A stretch of DNA of 60,981 nucleotides from Patescibacteria group bacterium (GCA_041653675.1 JBAZEY010000007.1:1-60981), one strand, 5' to 3'. Shown: positions 17,307 through 25,737, numbered from the stretch's first letter. Numbers and translations are program-made. The notes: generated from the letters alone by a model not told the origin.

Positions 17307-17381
17307 GTAGTCGCAAGACTGCCCTGCCCGCGGATGCGGGAATACTATCCGCAAGATCTAGCTCTAAAGGCTAGATTTTTG
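17307..17381 (+). ncRNA. candidate ~75-nt small RNA (unknown family)
   Basis: Lies between the consensus promoter and an intrinsic terminator (ATCTAGC-TCTAAAG-GCTAGAT-TTTT). Contains AGTC-GCAA-GACT and CCCGC-GGAT-GCGGG hairpins. GC-rich relative to the flanks and has no ORF. Confidence 0.4.
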
Positions 17382-18026
17382 CTTTATACGAACAAGATTT
17401 TCTTTTATATCTTGTGCGTTTATAACCAAATCGCTATTTGCCTTCAATGGATATTGCACGAAACCACCTTTAATCAATATAATTTTTTTACGATTATTTT
17501 TCAGAAATTTTATTAAACTGATAAAATCGGCATCGCTTGAAAAAATACAAAAAGTATCATATTTTGCCAAAAGACGAATGGCATCGACGCAAATTTCTAC
17601 ATCAAAATTACATTTTGGCAAAAAAATAAAATTTCCTTCTCCATCATGCTGAATCCGCCTAGTAGTTATATCTCCATCTTCCAGGCGGTGTTTAATCTGT
17701 TGCATGGGTTTCGTGAAAACCATTTTCTCCCCAAAAATATATTTTGTTTTACCGAGAAACTTCAATGACTTTTCATTTTGCGGGTTATGTCCATAATAAA
17801 ATCTGACGTGTTCGGAAAAACATTTCGCAAAATTAAATAATTTTTCTAAATCAATAGACAACTCTTTATCTCCGTCTAAAATATTATTTTCCCAATCTCT
17901 AACATCATCGTCAAACCATTTATCCACATTGGCAAAATCAATAAAAACAAAAATCTTACCGAATTTTTCATCGTCAATTTTCAACTTTTCTTTAATATGA
18001 CAATTTCTAAACTCTTGCAAATCCAT
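17364..18026 (-). CDS. NYN (LabA-like/PIN-like) domain protein
   Basis: IFVFIDFANV .. FCIFSSDADF pattern typical of NYN domains. Confidence 0.65.
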   Translation of the reverse strand: MDLQEFRNCHIKEKLKIDDEKFGKIFVFIDFANVDKWFDDDVRDWENNILDGDKELSIDLEKLFNFAKCFSEHVRFYYGHNPQNEKSLKFLGKTKYIFGEKMVFTKPMQQIKHRLEDGDITTRRIQHDGEGNFIFLPKCNFDVEICVDAIRLLAKYDTFCIFSSDADFISLIKFLKNNRKKIILIKGGFVQYPLKANSDLVINAQDIKENLVRIKQKSSL

Positions 18027-18061
18027 ATTTTATAAATTTACGAACAATTTTTCTCCTTACC

Positions 18062-18688
18062 CTATTTCACGACAAACGCCTGAGTCATTTCTTCAAACTC
18101 GCCAACATAATTCTGCCACAGCTCTTCCAGGGTATTGTAAGAAAGTACCCAAAGATCATTTCCCTCTCCCCATACGGCAACCATAAGCACGTGAAAATCA
18201 ATGCCGCTTTTTTTGAAAGTCACCTCTGTGGCGTAGGCCTCGCGCCCGTTTAGTGTTAAAAAATTCTCGCGGGAAAAAACCGCATCGGGAATCGCCGAAC
18301 GCAATTCATTTTTTAAATATTCCGCGACTTGTTCTTTAGTTTTTCCTTCCGCGGAGTCATATGAAACAGCGAAATATGTCTGAAAATTCATTTTCTTCGC
18401 CTCTGGATTAGTGATATTTTCATTTCCTTTGACAATCATTGCCGAAACGCCGGTCATGGCCGGAACCGAGCGCCAGCCCGCGGGATAGTTTAGGGAAAAA
18501 TCGTCAGTGGCAAAAACATTTTCACTCGTCGGAGGAAGATTTTGATTTGAATTATTTTCCAAAATTCCGGAGAGGTTTAAATTATTTTCTCCGAGGATAT
18601 TGCTCTCTGTAGTTAAAAACCAATAGGCCATCGCGGCGAGGACAAAGATGACGATGATGGTGATTAAAAGGGAGAAGGGTTTTTTCAT
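18062..18688 (-). CDS. membrane-anchored secreted hypothetical protein
   Basis: N-terminal TM anchor and a ~170-aa globular domain with no clear motif. Confidence 0.5.
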   Translation of the reverse strand: MKKPFSLLITIIVIFVLAAMAYWFLTTESNILGENNLNLSGILENNSNQNLPPTSENVFATDDFSLNYPAGWRSVPAMTGVSAMIVKGNENITNPEAKKMNFQTYFAVSYDSAEGKTKEQVAEYLKNELRSAIPDAVFSRENFLTLNGREAYATEVTFKKSGIDFHVLMVAVWGEGNDLWVLSYNTLEELWQNYVGEFEEMTQAFVVK

Positions 18689-18749
18689 GGGGGTTTAAAT
18701 ATTATTTAAATTTTACGGACGATTTTTTGCCTCGCGCCAACAATTTATT

Positions 18750-18974
18750 TTAGAGACTAGTTGGTCCGGTCGGACCACTAGCCGTGATTTCCGCCGTCGT
18801 GGTAGCGCTTATATTTGTTTGCAACGGATAACCAAAATCGTCTTGCGCACGATGAGTCTCCGGGGAAGTCTTTTTCTCTAAAAGACATTCTCTTTTACAA
18901 ACAGACGGCAGGGTCTCTGCACTAATAAAGATTGCTAACAAACTACCCAATAATCGTTTTAAAAAAAATTTCAT
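18750..18974 (-). CDS. small secreted hypothetical protein
   Basis: MKFFLKRLLGSLLAIFISA signal-like N-terminus. Confidence 0.3.
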   Translation of the reverse strand: MKFFLKRLLGSLLAIFISAETLPSVCKRECLLEKKTSPETHRAQDDFGYPLQTNISATTTAEITASGPTGPTSL

Positions 18975-19184
18975 ATCTTTAATCAATTATCTTTCTTTAA
19001 ATTATCTCCTAAAATTACTTCTAAGTCAACCAAAACAAAACAGGCGATTAAGCCTGTTTTGAAAATAATTTCGGCGATCGCGAGTTGGATAAAATTTTAC
19101 GCCCCACCGGGTAATAACTGATCTCACAAATGTTCTATATCCAGCGACACATAAAAAAATCCGCACGCTCTATCCCTTTTGAAA

Positions 19185-19388
19185 TTATTTTTTCTTACCG
19201 TACGGAGAACGATTGATCGGCTTGAGACTAATTCCTTTTTCGGAAGCCATGTTACTCACTGCACCCGGCGTTCTACCTAATTTTAATCCAATAACCCTTG
19301 TCGGCGTATTCTGTTTTGACAGCTGTTTTAAGGTAGAGACCTCTTTACTAGTCCATTGTTTACCGGAATTTCTATTATATTTTGCCAT
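19185..19388 (-). CDS. small basic HTH/Myb-like protein (67 aa)
   Basis: The ATG at 19388 is preceded by GGGAGGTGA. Sequence WTSKEVSTLKQL..TPTRVIGLKLGRTPGAVSNMA. Confidence 0.5.
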   Translation of the reverse strand: MAKYNRNSGKQWTSKEVSTLKQLSKQNTPTRVIGLKLGRTPGAVSNMASEKGISLKPINRSPYGKKK

Positions 19389-19417
19389 TTTTATCACCTC
19401 CCTTCTTCTATTGATTT

Positions 19418-19561
19418 TTAATCTTTATTTTTTACTCCCTTAACCATTTCGTTTGAACCGCAATGAGGGCAAGGCTGTACCACCGCGCCATCATCATCAG
19501 TTTCAAAATACTCATCACAATTTCCACAAGAAACTTCACTTTTTTTGTTATCTTCGTTCAT
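19418..19561 (-). CDS. zinc-ribbon mini-protein (47 aa; not in the ORF track)
   Basis: Hand translation gives MNEDNKKSEVSCGNCDEYFETDDDGAVVQPCPHCGSNEMVKGVKNKD, i.e. CxxC..CxxC. It lies directly upstream of the 19388 gene. Confidence 0.45.
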   Translation of the reverse strand: MNEDNKKSEVSCGNCDEYFETDDDGAVVQPCPHCGSNEMVKGVKNKD

Positions 19562-19624
19562 AAATAATACAAATAATTATTATAGTTACTACTCTTACCT
19601 TTTATTTTGGGAACGTAACTGCCA

Positions 19625-19780
19625 CTACGCCCTCGATTCTAAATCATACACTCTGGATTCCAATTCTTTGATCTGCCGTTGCAGTTCTTGGATTGTTCTA
19701 TTATTCTCAAGCGGGCAAAGATTGGAGCCGGCGTTAGCGCATGTCGAACACATCGACCATCCAAAATTGCATTTTGGCAT
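19625..19780 (-). CDS. possible Cys-rich/coiled-coil mini-protein (51 aa)
   Basis: Hand translation gives MPKCNFGWSMCSTCANAGSNLCPLENNRTIQELQRQIKELESRVYDLESRA. No obvious SD sequence. Confidence 0.25.
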   Translation of the reverse strand: MPKCNFGWSMCSTCANAGSNLCPLENNRTIQELQRQIKELESRVYDLESRA

Positions 19781-19861
19781 ATTGTTTTAGCGTGTTATAA
19801 TTAATTTAGGACTGGAGCGGCTTGAGCGGGGATAAATTTATCCTCCACTCAAGCCGTTCTT

Positions 19862-20134
19862 TTAGGTTCTGTTACATTCCGGGTTGTACCTACTAATTAA
19901 CGCTCGCTCCCTGCTTTCAGAAAAAGTGGTCACTTCATAAGAAAAAAATCTTATGTTCTTCCTCTGGAGACAAGGGTTATTTGGATCGGGATGTTGCGAT
20001 AATCTTTCGCGAAGGTTGTCGGCCCGACCCGCATAGACAATTCCTTGTTCTGAAGCAGTCTCTGCCAGGAGATAAACTCCCTCAGAGGTTGGAACCTTGT
20101 CTATGTCTCTCAAAAAGTCATACCAGCCGTTCAT
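19862..20134 (-). CDS. GIY-YIG-like domain protein (90 aa)
   Basis: GVYLL..GIVYAGRADNLRERLSQH, with an SD-like AAGGTAAGAG upstream. Confidence 0.6.
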   Translation of the reverse strand: MNGWYDFLRDIDKVPTSEGVYLLAETASEQGIVYAGRADNLRERLSQHPDPNNPCLQRKNIRFFSYEVTTFSESRERALISRYNPECNRT

Positions 20135-20233
20135 AAATAAAATCTCTTACCTTTCGGCTATTAATTATTAAACTCAGTTTTAGAAAAATCCGACTTTAAT
20201 TTTCCGTGACTGAAACAAATATATTTTATAATT

Positions 20234-20839
20234 TTATTTATTTTTTATAACGTCTTCGACAATGCCTTGGATCATGGCCTCTTCTTTAATATAAATCGGT
20301 TTGTATGTTGGGTCCGTTGATTTCGGTTCAAGAACGTAAACGTTGTCTTTCTTCTTAAATATTTTTATGGTGGCCTCGTCCCCAATTAATGCAACCACCC
20401 TTTGCCCGAAGTCGGCATAATTCTGTCTTTTAATTAAGACAAAATCACCACTGTTTATTCCCGCCCGGTTCATGCTTGTCCCGGCAGCACGTAGAAAAAA
20501 ATAATCTTGATAATTTCCACGAATTTTACTCCTTTCGTAAGGAATGTAAGCTTCAATGTCTTGTACTGCGAGAATCGGTTTGCCACAAGCAACATTACCA
20601 ACCAATGGAATACTTACCATTTTTTGTAGGCTTTCCCTTATCCTAAGGCTCCTCGATTTGTGTTCGTCAGAGAGCAGGGCGCCTTTTTTCTTCAGAGAAT
20701 CTGTGTGCCGCTGAACAGAGCTCGTGTTTTTATAGCCCAAATATTCCTTAATCTCATTCAAAGTCGGCGGAACTCGCTTAGCCAAAGATAGATCTTTAAT
20801 CGCGGCCAAAATTTCCTTTTGTTTGTTGGTAATTTTCAT
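20234..20839 (-). CDS. lexA: LexA-like repressor (wHTH + S24 peptidase)
   Basis: N-terminal wHTH (LTNKQKEIL-type). Cleavage-site region GNVACGKPI. Catalytic Ser in AGTSM and a downstream Lys (ATIKIFKK). Confidence 0.8.
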   Translation of the reverse strand: MKITNKQKEILAAIKDLSLAKRVPPTLNEIKEYLGYKNTSSVQRHTDSLKKKGALLSDEHKSRSLRIRESLQKMVSIPLVGNVACGKPILAVQDIEAYIPYERSKIRGNYQDYFFLRAAGTSMNRAGINSGDFVLIKRQNYADFGQRVVALIGDEATIKIFKKKDNVYVLEPKSTDPTYKPIYIKEEAMIQGIVEDVIKNK

Positions 20840-20865
20840 AAAAGCTGTCCTTACATAATTACTTA

Positions 20866-20879
20866 ACCATAATTATGGT
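20866..20879. promoter_or_regulatory. perfect 14-bp palindrome ACCATAATTATGGT upstream of lexA (candidate operator)
   Basis: Located 27-40 nt upstream of the lexA ATG at 20839. Confidence 0.4.
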
Positions 20880-21014
20880 AGCACAGAGGCTAAATAAATG
20901 CAATATCTTACCCCAAATAGCGTAAACTCTGCCGCAAAAAAAATCACCGCCGTCGGTTCTTTATTACTAAGACGAATAAAAACTAAAAATGTTACACCCT
21001 TGCAGTATTCTTGT

Positions 21015-21178
21015 TCAAATTTCAGGTTTAGATAATATTTTATCAATTTCTTTCATCAACTTCTCGGTCTCAACTAGCACTACAATAATTTTCTGATAAT
21101 GCTCGATGTCGGCGTTGGTGAGATTGCGGCCTTTGCGATCTTTCAACCATTTCTGCGCCGGCTGGATGCGTACTTCAT
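21015..21178 (-). pseudogene. C-terminal remnant of a type IIG / Eco57I-MmeI-like R-M enzyme
   Basis: Frame reads ..AQKWLKDRKGRNLTNADIEHYQKIIVVLVETEKLMKEIDKILSKPEI* with no upstream start. An in-frame stop lies just upstream, inside the REase gene's 3' end. Confidence 0.5.
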
Positions 21179-21945
21179 TTTTCCAAAATCCTAAATTTCC
21201 CCGATTTTACTAACTTGATACTGTTATAATTTTCCGGATCGGTAAATTCAAATTGCCAAATCGAATAAACATCTTCTCCGTGATTTTTATCAAAAAAAAG
21301 TGTGACAACCTTCTTCTTTGTTCGCTCCTGCCACTGTCTAAATGGATAAAAAAGCTGACGAATAATTACATTTGTAGCACTAAAATTTTTTGCCTCAATC
21401 AATACAATCTGTTTTTTTCCTTCGTAGCCAGCATCAACTTCTGTCTGCACACTAGAAACTTTAATTTTTTGTTTACCAACCATAAACTCAAAATCTGGTG
21501 TATATTTTCTGCCCCTTATCGTGAGTACAAGCGAAGGATCGTCCATAAAAGTACGAATCAAACTCGCGGCATAGGCGTAATCAAGGTGCTGCATCTCAGA
21601 ATCACCAATTTTTGTCGTTTCCAGCTGGAAACCAATTTTTGAAGGATAAACCGTAACTTCCTTTTTTATTTCGGGAATGTCCACATATCCCTCACCCTTT
21701 ATAATATTATAAAGTCCGTTCTTTATTGGGAGTAGAAAAAGATTATTTTTAATAAAGACATCCGGTCTGTCTTCTCGACTATCCTGTTTGCATAAAATAC
21801 GTACTTCTTTTTCGCCAGTCTCTTTAAACTTTTGACACGATCTTTTTATTTGTGTTGCCGAAATTAAAAATGGCGACTTATCAAAGTCATGATCTAAAAT
21901 TTTATAATCATCAAAAATTTTTTTCCACGATTTACTATTTGCCAT
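21175..21945 (-). CDS. type II restriction endonuclease (PD-(D/E)xK)
   Basis: Lies immediately downstream of the MTase (4-nt gap). Candidate catalytic motif ..YTPDFEF..(x)..VLIEAKN. Confidence 0.6.
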   Translation of the reverse strand: MANSKSWKKIFDDYKILDHDFDKSPFLISATQIKRSCQKFKETGEKEVRILCKQDSREDRPDVFIKNNLFLLPIKNGLYNIIKGEGYVDIPEIKKEVTVYPSKIGFQLETTKIGDSEMQHLDYAYAASLIRTFMDDPSLVLTIRGRKYTPDFEFMVGKQKIKVSSVQTEVDAGYEGKKQIVLIEAKNFSATNVIIRQLFYPFRQWQERTKKKVVTLFFDKNHGEDVYSIWQFEFTDPENYNSIKLVKSGKFRILEK

Positions 21946-21949
21946 ATAA

Positions 21950-22789
21950 TTAAATAGATTTATTTTTTAAGTTATGATCTAACTCTTCAAACCGTTTTAT
22001 CGACAAATCCAAAAATTTTGGATCGGTGTCAACGCCAATAAATTTCCTACCCAAAAGATGAGCGAGAATCCCCGTCGTTGAACTCCCCGTAAATGGATCC
22101 ACAATTAAACTATCCTTTTTTGTACTAGCGAGTACAATTCTTTTTAACAAATCCTCCGGCTTTTGTGTAGGATGCTTACCAAATATTTTTTCGGCTGCTT
22201 TCGGCGTACCGATTGCCCAAACTGAACGCATCTGTGTATTTGGTTTTTTTAAAAAATCTCCTGGCCATTTTCCGTTTTTCATTAATGCGTAATCAAAAAG
22301 GTGTTTTGCTTTCTGATCTTTTCTTGCCCAAATAAGTGTTTCGTGGCTAGCAGTAAAAAAACGACAACTTAAATTCGGGGACGCATTCGGTTTGAACCAT
22401 GCAATATCATTTAAAATACGAAAACCAGTAAATTGAAGTGCAAAACCACATTGATAAATAGAGTGATATGTCCCACTAATCCAAATCGTACCTTGTGGCT
22501 TTAAAACTCGTTTAGCGGCTTGTATCCATTCTCGATGAAATTCAAAATCTTTTTGAGGACCATTGCTTTTATCCCACTCTCCTTTATTAACGCTCACTCG
22601 CCGTCCGGCGTGAACGGTAAAACCACCGTTAGACAAAAGGTACGGCGGATCGGCAAAAATCATATCGACAGAATTTTCTGGGAGTTGCCCTAAAATTTTT
22701 AAACAATCAGTGTTGTATAGCACAAAATTACCTTTAACAAAATAAGGCCTGTCTTTTACTGACGTTAAAATTTTCTTTTTTATTTCCAT
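21950..22789 (-). CDS. beta-class DNA methyltransferase (N6-adenine or N4-cytosine)
   Basis: Motif IV FADPPY lies N-terminal to motif I DPFTGSSTTG. Also SHETLIWA and HPTQKP. Confidence 0.85.
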   Translation of the reverse strand: MEIKKKILTSVKDRPYFVKGNFVLYNTDCLKILGQLPENSVDMIFADPPYLLSNGGFTVHAGRRVSVNKGEWDKSNGPQKDFEFHREWIQAAKRVLKPQGTIWISGTYHSIYQCGFALQFTGFRILNDIAWFKPNASPNLSCRFFTASHETLIWARKDQKAKHLFDYALMKNGKWPGDFLKKPNTQMRSVWAIGTPKAAEKIFGKHPTQKPEDLLKRIVLASTKKDSLIVDPFTGSSTTGILAHLLGRKFIGVDTDPKFLDLSIKRFEELDHNLKNKSI

Positions 22790-22812
22790 ATCTATTGATT
22801 TAACTTTTTCTA

Positions 22813-22827
22813 ATTATCCCAGAAAAT
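22813..22827 (-). promoter_or_regulatory. putative extended -10 promoter (minus-strand TGGGATAAT)
   Basis: Same 15-mer as 8855-8869, located 24 nt upstream of the MTase ATG. Confidence 0.35.
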
Positions 22828-22846
22828 CGCTTTGAAGTAAAGGAAC

Positions 22847-22873
22847 TAAAAGCGCGGGGAAAAATCCCCGCAC
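22847..22873 (-). terminator. Rho-independent terminator
   Basis: GCGGGGA-AAAA-TCCCCGC hairpin. Near-identical ~30-nt copy at 23983-24014. Confidence 0.55.
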
Positions 22874-22904
22874 CTATGCTTTATTTTAATTCTCCCTCTT
22901 AAAT

Positions 22905-23924
22905 TTATAACCTCGCTGATAAAATTGGGTCCCCTATCGTATAGTTTGTAAAGAAAGCCTCGGGCACATCTTCAATTTTCTTGTTCCAGTCTGATCCATA
23001 GAGCGCGGCGGCGGTTTCTCCGGATTGAACCCAACGCAAGACTCCGCCTTTTTCCACGGCATAAACTTTGGGATCGGTCTGCATTTTTACCATCTTCACG
23101 CCCGGACGAAAAGTCACATTCCCTCCGAAAGGAATTGCCGCCAGTTGAACGGGAGTGACGGTGAGAACTCCGGTAAAGTTTGTATACCAAGTGAAATATG
23201 TTTTGTTGTTGGGAAAGACATAGCGCCGGCTGTCGGCGCCGCAATAATAAACCGCGGTCGAGGTCGAAACTTTTAACCTTGATCCGGAAATGCAAAGCAC
23301 GGGCGGGGGGATGGAAACAAGGCTCTTGTCGGTATTAATATCCGGACTCTCGCCTAGCGCGTCGGCGACGCTGTAACTGCCGGGATAACGCGCGGCCACT
23401 AAACTTAAATATGGATTAATCGCCGTGCCGTCGGGCAGGCGAATTTCAAAATGCAGATGAGCGCCGACATTTTCGGCGTTGCCGCTGTCTCCCATCCAGC
23501 CGATAAGCTGGCCTTTTGTGACAAGCGCGCCGTGGACTATGCCCGGGGCGTAGGCGTTCGCCGTGCCGCCCAAACCGTCATCGGTTCCGGGCGTATCATT
23601 GTTCACATGCAAATAATGATAGGTATAACCATCGAGGTCTATCAAGGTAATGGCATAACCATAATCAGCTTCGGGTTCTACTATATAGCTCACTCGTCCG
23701 TCAATCGCCGAATAGAGCGGCATCATTTTTTGGCCCATGAGATCAATACCTTCGTGCGAATGTCCATAACGGGCATCGCCAAAACTGTCGGTGAAGGTGA
23801 CCGAGGGATCGGTCGGAAAAAAGATTGACCTCGTTTCCGCGGCAAAAACGCCGGGCACCTTAAAGCCGAGGGCGCTTGAAGCCAGAAGAAAACTGGCGGT
23901 AAAAATTATGAATATTTTTTTCAT
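22905..23924 (-). CDS. secreted M23 family metallopeptidase
   Basis: Signal peptide; HEGIDL and GAHLHFEI motifs. Confidence 0.85.
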   Translation of the reverse strand: MKKIFIIFTASFLLASSALGFKVPGVFAAETRSIFFPTDPSVTFTDSFGDARYGHSHEGIDLMGQKMMPLYSAIDGRVSYIVEPEADYGYAITLIDLDGYTYHYLHVNNDTPGTDDGLGGTANAYAPGIVHGALVTKGQLIGWMGDSGNAENVGAHLHFEIRLPDGTAINPYLSLVAARYPGSYSVADALGESPDINTDKSLVSIPPPVLCISGSRLKVSTSTAVYYCGADSRRYVFPNNKTYFTWYTNFTGVLTVTPVQLAAIPFGGNVTFRPGVKMVKMQTDPKVYAVEKGGVLRWVQSGETAAALYGSDWNKKIEDVPEAFFTNYTIGDPILSARL

Positions 23925-23982
23925 AAATTAAAAACTGATAAATTTCGCACTAATTTTATTATACCATTTTTATTTTCTAAAC

Positions 23983-24009
23983 AAAAAGCGCGGGGAAAAA
24001 TCCCCGCGC
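23983..24009 (-). terminator. Rho-independent terminator
   Basis: GCGCGGGGA-AAAA-TCCCCGCGC hairpin with a flanking A5 run (T5 on the minus strand). Confidence 0.6.
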
Positions 24010-24030
24010 CTATATTTTTCTTTTTCTCTT

Positions 24031-25605
24031 TTAATTCCCCGTTCTCATGGGCAGCGCCGGTTCTGTAAGCGGTTTGCTTTCCAAAATCGCCGGAGGAGTA
24101 ATTGTATTGTTTGCTTCCGCGGCGTCCAAAATTTCTTTCACCAGCGGAATTACCACCACTTCTTTATTGTAATATTCATCCGCCTGGCCTTTATCAATTA
24201 CCGGGAAAACAAGAGCCGGAACGAGAAGATCGTCATTTTCCGTATCCGCGTATTTAAAATATCTCATATACTGAATTTCCGGCGTGCCGAGCTTTACTTC
24301 CACTTCTTTCACTTCAAAATTTTCCACCGGATAATCTCCCTGGGGCCAGAGGTCTCCTTGCAAGGCAAACTTCATCACCCGCTCCTTATTCGTTTCCATG
24401 GCGTAATTTGAACTTTGATAATTTTGCGTTTGAAGGCCATAGAGGCTCGTCACTTTCATGGTCCTGATATTTATATTCACGGAAAATCCCACCTGGCTGT
24501 AGCCGCCCTGCTCCCAAGCTTCTTTCCCGTTTACAAGCAAGGGGTACAAAACCGTCATCGTGTCGGGAATCCAAACATCCGCGGCTGGAACATTTATATA
24601 TCCCAGTTTAGAACTCTGGCTAACTTTTGGCGCGCCATAATTTCCCCGGTCAATTCCGTAGCGGGTCATAAAATTATTGGCTGCCTCAATTAATTTCTCA
24701 TCAGAGGGCACATCAGACTGGCTCAAACGCGGCAAAGAGCCATAATCTACCGGCATAGTTCTCTGCCAATTTTCATACATGGAAACCATTCCTTCGTAAG
24801 GATTAAAATCAACAAGATATCCGCCGTCCCGATCTTCGGCGAGCGAGAGGGTTTGAACTTTAACATTGCTCAATTTGCTAGGATCAAAAAGTCCAAAACT
24901 AATTTTGTCCAAAACTGAATTTAAATTTTCGCTGCCATAGCTTTTTAGCCGTTTCAAAACCGCGACTTCGCTTGCCTCGGGCAGAGAAAAATCTTCGCCG
25001 ACATAGACATAGCTATATTTTGTCGCGTATTGCGGCGGCATCATTTTTATGTCCGGCACAGAGGCGTTCGTTCCTCCGCCTCCGCCCAATCCCAAAGCCG
25101 GACGGGAAGTAGAAGACGGAGCTTGCGGCGAGGCAATCGGCGCGGTGACACCCAAAGAACTATCCGATTCAGCACCGACTAAACCTTGGCTTGAACCTCC
25201 AAGATCACCAAACGCCCGCTCGCCGGTTTCTTCCACTCTCACTCCCTTAGAAAAATTCGCCAAAGGATTTCCCGCTCCGAATTCTGGCATACTAATCCAA
25301 CCGTTTTGCACGGCCGGCACGACAATAATTACCGCCAGGACAATCGTCGCGGCCGCTAAAGATAATCCCCGCCAGAAAACCAAATTTTTCCAAAGCGACG
25401 GCCGAGCACTTCCCGCTTTTTCTAATTCCTCGGCCCGCGCGAGCAATTTCATTTTCAATTCTTGCCGAAAATTTTCATCAAATTTATCCTGGGGTTTATT
25501 GGCAATCATTTTAGCCATAGTGGCCTCCAATTCTTTTTGATATTTTTTTAAACCCGGATCAATGATAAAGAGTTCGTTTAAAATTTCTTGGATTATTTTT
25601 TCCAT
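24031..25605 (-). CDS. putative anti-sigma factor / membrane-anchored extracytoplasmic protein
   Basis: Downstream of the ECF sigma gene. ~90-aa cytoplasmic N-terminus, a single TM (LSLAAATIVLAVIIVVPAV) and a large extracellular domain. Confidence 0.45.
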   Translation of the reverse strand: MEKIIQEILNELFIIDPGLKKYQKELEATMAKMIANKPQDKFDENFRQELKMKLLARAEELEKAGSARPSLWKNLVFWRGLSLAAATIVLAVIIVVPAVQNGWISMPEFGAGNPLANFSKGVRVEETGERAFGDLGGSSQGLVGAESDSSLGVTAPIASPQAPSSTSRPALGLGGGGGTNASVPDIKMMPPQYATKYSYVYVGEDFSLPEASEVAVLKRLKSYGSENLNSVLDKISFGLFDPSKLSNVKVQTLSLAEDRDGGYLVDFNPYEGMVSMYENWQRTMPVDYGSLPRLSQSDVPSDEKLIEAANNFMTRYGIDRGNYGAPKVSQSSKLGYINVPAADVWIPDTMTVLYPLLVNGKEAWEQGGYSQVGFSVNINIRTMKVTSLYGLQTQNYQSSNYAMETNKERVMKFALQGDLWPQGDYPVENFEVKEVEVKLGTPEIQYMRYFKYADTENDDLLVPALVFPVIDKGQADEYYNKEVVVIPLVKEILDAAEANNTITPPAILESKPLTEPALPMRTGN

Positions 25606-25737
25606 ACCCCGTTAGAAGTCTGTTTTCCTCGGAAAACTTAATCCGAGTGGCAAACTTCTTTTTTTTAATAAACCCCGTTCCCGTCAAGAGAAAAATTTTA
25701 AAGAAAATTTTTCGTCAAGGACTTCTAACGGGGCATA
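25604..25737 (+). mobile_element. 134-bp ORF-less (MITE-like) derivative of the GIY-YIG cassette
   Basis: Inverted repeat ATACCCCGTTAGAAGTC / GACTTCTAACGGGGCAT. The inner right end TTTTTCGTCAAGGACTTCTAA encodes ..FFVKDF*, matching ..FFFVKGF* of the 13361 gene. Confidence 0.5.

Noticed and set aside
22847-24014. Two near-identical ~30-nt sequences, AAAAGCGCGGGGAAAAATCCCCGC[A/G]CCTAT, considered as termini of a mobile element flanking the M23 peptidase gene.
   Set aside because: They are direct repeats, not inverted. Each sits exactly where a minus-strand intrinsic terminator is expected (hairpin plus T-run). Duplicated terminators are the simplest reading, although recombination between them could excise the M23 gene.
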